Source: Eledone cirrhosa (Eukaryota). From it: DNA of 64,000 bases. Shown in pieces: positions 52,933 to 64,000 of the stretch. The stretch is taken from contig OZ024753.1 in NCBI GenBank assembly GCA_964016885.1, forward strand, positions 31,248,001 to 31,312,000. Direction: 5' to 3'. The stretch's first letter is position 1. Each line of letters opens with the position of its first letter. The position numbers and the translations under genes were made by a program. Under the pieces are notes generated by a model. It searched no databases, was not told the origin of the DNA, and saw nothing but the letters and a program-made list of their open reading frames with translations.

Positions 52933-53247
52933 CACATATATATATACACATATATATGTATATATATATATGTATATGTATATATATATATGTATATGTA
53001 TATATATATATATGTATATATATATATGTATATATATGTATATATATATATGTATGTATATATATGTATATATATATATGTAAAATATTAAACAAATAAT
53101 GAATAAACAATTCCTTATATTAAACAAAAAAAGTTCATTATTTAACGATCGTTTCTAGGATATATATGTGTTAGAGTTGGCATGCATATTCAACAGATCT
53201 ATATACAAAATTATACAAATATACAAACTATCAAGATTAAATATACA

Positions 53248-53836
53248 AATCTTAAATAGGTCTACAGTTAAATTCTCATACTCTACAACAAATAACATAA
53301 AACAAAATATAAGTGCCTATAATGCATATAAATGTAAGAAAACCATAAGTATACCACCAGTACATCAAATTAACCATAATATCTCCTCAAATACAGAATT
53401 AACGAAAGGTTGTAACTGTAGAAACAAAGCAAACTGCCCATTAAAAGGGAATTGTCTTGTTAACAACATAGTCTATAAATGTAATGTTAAAACTAAAGAT
53501 TCTATTTGCTCATATATAGGAGCTACCTCTAACAATTTTAAGACAAGGTTTAATACCCACAAGCATAGTTTTAAAAATGCCGCACTGGCTAATACAACAT
53601 CTCTAGCAGAAAAAATCAATAGTTATAAAAATAAGAATATAGAATATGATTTGACCTGGAGTGTGCTCAAAAGAGCCACCCCTTATCAAAATAATAGAAA
53701 TGAATGTAGATTATGTTCCCAAGAACTATTTGAAATGATGAAATCTAAGGATATCCTATTAAATAAACGACAGGAATTAATTATATCGTGTAATCATAAA
53801 CTAAAAAAAACATTTAAATATTATAAACCTAATTAA
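53248..53836 (+). CDS. GIY-YIG endonuclease C-terminal fragment, Neptune-like PLE
   Basis: LNRSTVKFSYSTTNNIK..CNCRNKANCPLKGNCLVNNIVYKC..YIGAT..FKTRFNTH.HSF..CRLCSQE..LNKRQELIISCNH. Confidence 0.9.
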
Positions 53837-55158
53837 TAACATTATTTTAGAAATTAATTTAATTTAAATGTTAGTTAACCTATAAATTTAATTTAATTAA
53901 AATTCTATTACAGATGAGAATATAAAATATTATGTAATCATAAATTGTGAAAAACCTTTAAATATTACTAATATATACTTAGTAATTTAATTTATAGATT
54001 AATTTTAATTTATTTAAACCTTTTATTATAATTCTTTTACAGATAAAATATAACAAAATATCGTGTATCCAATGACAGAGAAATAATTTTTAGTATTATA
54101 GACCTAATTAATATACATTTTAGAAATATATTTATAATTTGGTTTTAATTTTAATCAACCTAAAAATTTAATTTAATTGGCTTAAAATTAATATCCTTAT
54201 ACAGACGAATTGCAGAATGTCATGTAATCATAGAATGGGATGTGTTTTGGATTTATACCTAGTTAATATATTCTTTGCAATTTTTGAAAAAATATGTATA
54301 TGTATATGTGTATGTGTATGTGTATGTGTGTGCGTATGTATATGTGTATATATGTGTATATATATGTATATATATGTATATATATATGTGTATGTATATG
54401 TATATGTATATGTATTAATTTTGATTTCTATTTGCATATAATTATATTCTGCTATTGATAAAATACAATATCTGCTTTATTTATTATATACCTAATTAAC
54501 ATATACTATAGAAATAAATATATAATTTTTAATTTAATTAACCTATAATTTATATTCTACTACCGATGTAATACTTTATTTGTTTTTTCCCTATTACTAA
54601 ATTCATTTCCTAATATTGATACCATAACGTTATTAACTTTAATTTAGTTATACTATAATTAATACTCTACTACTATTTAACTTCAAAACTCTGCTTCAAA
54701 TATTATAAAACTAACTAATTTACACCTTAGAAATCAATATGTTAACTATCTTTAGTTTAGTTAACATATAATTAATGGTATACTTATTTATTTTGAAATG
54801 CATAAATTTTGCCTTATTTCTTGTTTATTGTATTTCTTAACACTGATACTATGTAAAAACATACATTGGATCTAGATACGGATAATATTCTATGTTTCTT
54901 GAAACATATATTTACTATAATCCCCTTCTCCAACCCCCCCTTTCCCCCATACTATTATCATCTGTGTTTGTAAGCGTGTATGTATGAATATATATGTAGG
55001 TAGGTGTATATATATTTGCGTATTTATATCTGAATATAAAAATACATATATGCGCATGCAAATAAGAATGTAAGATTGTGTGTGTATATATATATGTGTG
55101 TATGTATGTGTATATGTGTATATATGCATGTGTATATATATGTGTATGTGTATGTCTG

Positions 55159-55223
<65 letters not shown>

Positions 55224-56136
55224 GTGTGTGTATGTATGTATGTATATGTGTGTGTGTATATATATATATGTCTCTCTATTTATATGTCTATCTTCGTATC
55301 TATGTGGATATATGTGTGTGTGTGCATGTATACACATATATGTGTTTATGTGTATATGTGTGTATGTATATATATGTGTGTGTGCACACACATATATATG
55401 TGAATGTGTATATGTGTGTGTGTGTATATGTATGTGTATATATATATGTATATATATCTGTGTGTGTATATATGTCTATATTCGTATGTGTGTATATATA
55501 TATATATGTATATATATGTATATATATATATATATGTATGTGTATATATATATTATTTATTATTATAATATAACTTATGTGTATGTGTGTATATGTGAGG
55601 GTGTGTATATGTATATATATGTGTATATATATGTGTAAAAAAAAATATATATGTGCATGTCTGTTTTTTATGTGTGTGTATATATATATATATGTGTATA
55701 TATATATATATATGTGGGTGTTTGTATGTGTATTTATGGTTGTATGTGTGTGTGGGTATATGTATATAAGTGTATGTGTGTATATATATATATATATATT
55801 TATATGTGTATATATATCTCTATTAATGCGTGTATATATGTATATGTATATGCCTTTTTCTTTGTATGTCTGAGTTGGGTGAGGGTGTAGTGGTGTTTCT
55901 ATGTATATACGCATATATGGATGCGTTTGTATTTGTATATATGAGTATATGTAAGTGCGTATGTATGTATGATTATATATCTAATTCTATGTATGAGTAT
56001 ATATGTGTGTATGTATGTTGTGAGTGTATGTATGTATATGTCTATGTGTGTATATATATATGTATGTATGTGTGTGTATGTATCTATGTATATGTATGTA
56101 TGTACATATATGTCTATGTATGTGTGTATGTATGTG

Positions 56137-56185
<49 letters not shown>

Positions 56186-56427
56186 TTATTCTTTTTATAT
56201 ATATGTGTGTGTGTGTATGTGTGTGTGTGTATATATATCTTTGTATATGTGTATGTGTATGTTCGTGTAGGTGTATGTGTGTGTATGACTATATATGTAT
56301 GTGTATGTGTGTATGGTTGTGTATATATATCTATGTGTGTGTACATGTATGTATGTGTATGTATGTGTATGTGTGTATGTGTGTATATGTATATATATAT
56401 GTATATATGTATATATATATATATATA

Positions 56428-56462
<35 letters not shown>

Positions 56463-56749
56463 GTTTCTCTATTTGTATATATATATGTGTATGGGTATAT
56501 ACCTTTTTCTTTGTATGTCTGAATTGTGTGAGAGTGTAGTGGTGTTTGTATGTATATACCGATATATAGATGCGTAAGTATTTGTCTGTATGTATGTATA
56601 TATGTCTGTATGTATTTGTGTGTATATATAGGTATGTATGTGTATATCTGTATGTATATATGTATGTAAGTGTATGTATATGTGTGTGTACGTGTGTATA
56701 TATATGTGTGTCTATATAGTATGTGTGATTATATGTGTATGTATGAGTG

Positions 56750-56808
<59 letters not shown>

Positions 56809-56958
56809 GTGTATTTATATGTATGTGTGTATATGTATGTATGTGTGTATATGTATATGTTTATATATGTGTGTGTATGTATGTTCTAAGTGTGGATGTG
56901 TGTATATGTATGTATGTGTTTGTATATGTGTATGTATATATATGTGTGTGTGTGTGTG

Positions 56959-56998
<40 letters not shown>

Positions 56999-57634
56999 CT
57001 TGATATATTTCTTTTTTCTTTTTTCTTTTTTCTTTTTCTTTTCTTTCCTTTTTAATGTTTATTTATTATTTATTATTTTTTATTTTCTTAGTTTATAGAT
57101 ACATCTATATTAAGCACTCAGCCCAAACCGTTGAATACTGACCTCTCCCCCCCCTCCCACCTAATTTCTGTATCTTTATCTAAATGTGTGTGCCAGTGTT
57201 TATGTGAGTGAATTAATATCCATGTGCTTAGGATTTTATATCCACATATATATATGTGAGTGGGGGTGTGTGTGTGTTTGTATGTTCGTAGTTTATGTGT
57301 ATGTTTATGCATATACGCGCGTGTATGTGTGATTGTACGGATATGTGTTAGTATGAAAATATGTCTATACACTTATTTCATATTTATGTATCTATACGCA
57401 TCTTATCTGTGCATTATAAACTTACAGAGACATTAACCTTGAAATTTTGTATTTGCATCCATCCTTTTTGTATGCGTATACAGGTTGTGCATACATTTTT
57501 GTAAAATATGTGTAAGGGTTGTTACATGTATATACACACACCGAACTGCATTAAACCTTTTGTATTTTCATTGGTCAATTTTGTTCCCAAACGGACCTGA
57601 AAGTTTGAATTGTTGTTATTATCAATAAATATAT

Positions 57635-57788
57635 TTCATTATTTCTGAAGACGGCGTATATATGTGTTGGTATGTATATTTAATCTTGATAGTTTGTATA
57701 ATTTTGTATAATTTTGTACATAGATCTGTTGAATATGCATGCCAACTCTAACACATATATATCCTAGAAACGATCGTTAAATAATGAA
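57635..57788 (+). ncRNA. type I hammerhead ribozyme with ~115-nt stem II, family H
   Basis: TTCATTATTT|CTGAAGA|long hairpin|GAAA|CGATCG|TT|AAATAATGAA; 10-bp stem I, palindromic stem III. Confidence 0.85.
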
Positions 57789-57974
57789 CTTTTTTTGTTT
57801 AATATAAGGAATTGTTTATTCATTATTTGTTTAATATTTTATCTTGACTCTGTATACCGTTTATCTTTCACCGAAAGTGATTTTTCATTACATCTCTTCT
57901 TTCCATGATATCCGGAATACATTGAGTTCTTCATACGGATTGGACACTACCGTAAACTCTTGGTAGATTTATCT

Positions 57975-57978
<4 letters not shown>

Positions 57979-58006
<28 letters not shown>

Positions 58007-58217
58007 ATATATGTGTATATATATATATGTATATATATATATATGTATATATATATATGTATATTTATATATATATATGAATATATATATATGTATATTT
58101 ATATATATATATGAATATATATATATGTATATATATATATGTATATATATGTATATATGTATATATATATATGTATATATATATATATGTATATATGTAT
58201 ATATAAATATATGTATA

Positions 58218-58266
<49 letters not shown>

Positions 58267-58340
58267 ATATAAATATATGTATATATGTATATATAAATAT
58301 ATGTATATGTATATATAAATATATGTATATGTATATATAA

Positions 58341-58372
<32 letters not shown>

Positions 58373-58815
58373 ATGTATATGTATATATATATATGTATAT
58401 ATATATATGTATATATATATATGTATATGTATATATATATATGTATATGTATATATATATATGTATATGTATATATATATGTATATATATATATGTATAT
58501 ATATATATATGTATATATATGTATATGTATATGTATATATGTATATGTATATATGTATATGTATATATGTATATGTATATATGTATATGTATATATGTAT
58601 ATGTATATATGTATATGTATATATGTATATGTATATATATATATGTATATATATATATATGTATATATATATATGTATATGTATATATGTATATGTATAT
58701 GTATATATATATATATATGTATATATATGTATATGTATATATGTATATGTATATATATGTATATATATATATATGTATATATATATATGTATATGTATAT
58801 ATGTATATGTATATG

Positions 58816-58846
<31 letters not shown>

Positions 58847-58945
58847 GTATATATGTATATGTATATATATATATGTATGTATATATATATATGTATGTAT
58901 ATGTATATATATATATGTATGTATATGTATATATATATATGTATG

Positions 58946-58976
<31 letters not shown>

Positions 58977-60005
58977 GTGTATATATATATGTATATATAT
59001 ATATGTATATATATATGTATATATATATATGTGTATATATATATGTATATATATATATGTATATATATATGTATATATATATATGTATATATATATATGT
59101 GTATATATATATGTATATATATATATGTATATATATATATGTATATATATATGTATATATATATATATGTATATATATGTATATATATATATGTATATAT
59201 ATATATGTATATATATGTATATATATATGTATATATATATGTATATATATATATGTATATATATATGTATATATATATGTATATATATGTATATATATAT
59301 GTATATATATATATGTATATATATATATGTATATATATATGTATATATATATATGTATATATATATGTATATATATATGTATATATATATATGTATATAT
59401 ATATATGTATATATATATGTATATATATATATGTATATATATGTATATATATATGTATATATATATATGTATATATATATGTATATATATATATGTATAT
59501 ATATATGTATATATATATGTATATATATATATGTATATATATATGTATATATATATATGTATATATATGTATATATATATGTATATATATATATGTATAT
59601 ATATATATGTATATATATGTATGTATATATATATGTATATATATATGTATATATATATATGTATATATATATGTATGTATATATATATGTATGTATATAT
59701 ATATGTATGTATATATATGTATATATATATGTATGTATATATATATGTATGTATATATGTATGTATATATATATATATGTATATATATATATGTATATAT
59801 ATATAAGTATATATATGTATATTTATATAAGTATATATATGTATATTTATATAAGTATATATATGTATATATATATAAGTATATGTATATATATATAAGT
59901 ATATATATGTATATATATGTATATGTATATATATATATGTATATATATATATATGTATATATATGTATATATATATGTATATATATATGTATATATATAT
60001 GTATG

Positions 60006-60036
<31 letters not shown>

Positions 60037-60215
60037 GCATATATATGAATATATATATGTATATATACGTATATATATGTATATATATATGTATGTATAT
60101 ATATATATATGTATATATATGTATATATATATGTATATATATATGTATGTATATATCTATGTATATATATATGTATGTATATATATGTATATATATATGT
60201 ATGTATATATGTATG

Positions 60216-60255
<40 letters not shown>

Positions 60256-60323
60256 TGTATGTATATATATGTATATATATATGTATATATGTATGTATAT
60301 ATATATGTATGTATATATGTATG

Positions 60324-60363
<40 letters not shown>

Positions 60364-60381
60364 TGTATGTATATATGTATG

Positions 60382-60467
<86 letters not shown>

Positions 60468-60546
60468 TATGTATATATATATATGTATGTACATATATAT
60501 ATGTATGTACATATATATATGTATGTATATATATATATGTATGTAC

Positions 60547-60583
<37 letters not shown>

Positions 60584-60953
60584 TATGTATATATATATGT
60601 ATGTATATATATATGTATGTATATATATATGTATATATATATATATATGTATATATATGTATGTATATATATATGTATATATATGTATATATATATATGT
60701 ATATATATATATATGTATATATATATATGTATATATATATATAAATTGAAACAAAATGAAAACGAAATTTCATTTCTCACTCTTAGTATGGCACTTACTT
60801 AAATGTAAGTATGCATGTATACGTACATACATATATGTATACAGACGTACAGTAGCATGCACATATATATATATATACATATATACATACATATGCATAC
60901 AGGTACACATACATATATGCACGTATCAGTTTAGCGGCGCTTATATATATATG

Positions 60954-60984
<31 letters not shown>

Positions 60985-61042
60985 GTGCATGCTACTGTAC
61001 GTCTGTATACATATATGTATGTACGTATACATGCATACTTAC

Positions 61043-61076
<34 letters not shown>

Positions 61077-61121
61077 GTATATATATATGTATGTATATAT
61101 ATATATGTATATATATATATG

Positions 61122-61152
<31 letters not shown>

Positions 61153-61197
61153 GTATATATATATGTATGTATATATATATATGTATATATATATATG

Positions 61198-61228
<31 letters not shown>

Positions 61229-61279
61229 GTATATATATATGTATGTATATATATATATGTATATATATATATATGTATG

Positions 61280-61310
<31 letters not shown>

Positions 61311-61359
61311 GTATATATATATGTATGTATATATATATATGTATATATATATATGTATG

Positions 61360-61390
<31 letters not shown>

Positions 61391-61407
61391 GTATATATAT
61401 ATGTATG

Positions 61408-61438
<31 letters not shown>

Positions 61439-61489
61439 GTATATATATATGTATGTATATATATATGTATGTATATATATATATGTATG

Positions 61490-61520
<31 letters not shown>

Positions 61521-61735
61521 GTATATGTATATATATATGTATATGTATATATATATATATGTATATGTATATATATATGTATATGTATATATATATGTAT
61601 ATGTATATATATATGTATATGTATATATATATGTATATATATATATATAAGTATATGTATATATATATAAGTATATGTATATATATATGTATATATATAT
61701 ATGTATATATATATAAGTATATGTATATATATATG

Positions 61736-61781
<46 letters not shown>

Positions 61782-61945
61782 AGTATATATGTATATATAT
61801 ATATGTATATATATATATAAGTATATATGTATATATATATATGTATATATATATATAAGTATATATGTATATATATATATATGTATATATATATATAAGT
61901 ATATATGTATATATATATATGTATATATATATATAAGTATATATG

Positions 61946-61977
<32 letters not shown>

Positions 61978-62464
61978 AGTATATATGTATATATATATAT
62001 GTATATATATATATAAGTATATATGTATATATATATATGTATATATATATATAAGTATATATGTATATATTATATATGTATATATATATATAAGTATATA
62101 TGTATATATATATATGTATATATATATATAAGTATATATGTATATATATATATGTATATATATATATAAGTATATATGTATATATATATATGTATATATA
62201 TATATAAGTATATATGTATATATATATATAAGTATATATGTATATAGTATATATATATATAAGTATATATGTATATATATATGTATATATATATATAAGT
62301 ATATATGTATATATATATATAAGTATATATGTATTATATTATATAAGTATATAATACTAGTTATATATATATAGATATATATAAGTAATATATCTATATA
62401 TATATATAAGTATATATTATAATTACAGAGATATTATATATTATATATATATATAAAGTATATA
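57979..62464. repeat. ~4.5-kb G-, then AAG-interrupted (TA)n arrays
   Basis: Direct reading. Confidence 0.95.
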
Positions 62465-62664
62465 NNNNNNNNNNNNNNNNNNNNNNNNNNNNNNNNNNNN
62501 NNNNNNNNNNNNNNNNNNNNNNNNNNNNNNNNNNNNNNNNNNNNNNNNNNNNNNNNNNNNNNNNNNNNNNNNNNNNNNNNNNNNNNNNNNNNNNNNNNNN
62601 NNNNNNNNNNNNNNNNNNNNNNNNNNNNNNNNNNNNNNNNNNNNNNNNNNNNNNNNNNNNNNNN
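62465..62664. other. assembly gap (200 N)
   Basis: Run of N. Confidence 1.
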
Positions 62665-63654
<990 letters not shown>

Positions 63655-64000
63655 GTGTATATGTATATATATATATATGTATATGTATTAGTTATACTAT
63701 TTATGGTTATGTAAACACAAAACCTTAAGCAGTTGTAAGTATTTTACACACACCCTAAATAGTGGAAGGCAGTAATGTATTACTACCTTATTACCAGTAA
63801 GTTAAGTAGCTCAATGTAAAAACATCAGATGATTTACAGAGCAGTTATATGAAATATAAGAATCAAAGAACTGTTCAAAACATTATTGTGCTTACAGCTG
63901 TTTCCTCCAAACCGAGGTTTGGATTCTTCGGAGCAATTTATTAATGCATGGACAGTTATATGACCTCCTTTTCAGCCGAGAGACATACCAATACATATTC

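Larger units (their letters stand above)
53082..57978 (+). mobile_element. 5'-truncated Neptune-like PLE: inverted pLTR (53082-53245), GIY-YIG, ~3.8-kb AT/microsatellite-rich 3' region, family H pLTR with hammerhead and tail (57841-57978)
   Basis: 53082-53245 is the reverse complement of ~57674-57840. Confidence 0.75.

Noticed and set aside
63700-64000. Possible host exon at the window end
   Set aside because: No convincing frame or recognisable peptide from sequence alone

Overview
AT-rich, repeat-saturated animal genomic DNA. The tRNA-derived SINE and microsatellite style suggest an octopod cephalopod, but that is an inference. I see no host gene. Almost all long ORFs in the track are translations of (TA)n/(TG)n microsatellite. 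The real coding content is retrotransposon-derived: several Penelope-like elements (PLEs; one near-intact Naiad-like RT+GIY-YIG element, one decayed full-length element, Neptune-like GIY-YIG and RT fragments), a Tx1/L1 LINE pair in (TATC)n, CR1-group LINEs, and RTE and CRE fragments. A non-autonomous Helitron and many SINEs are also present. The main signal is non-coding. The short unique islands inside the (TA)n arrays form about ten different families of PLE pseudo-LTR-like units. Most carry a hand-foldable type I hammerhead ribozyme (20+ full or decayed copies, with structure-preserving substitutions, palindromic stem III, core variants and very long stem II). They usually sit as fold-back pairs in which only one arm has an extra 3' tail, and several inversion junctions fall inside the ribozyme. 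All folds were made by eye and are untested.
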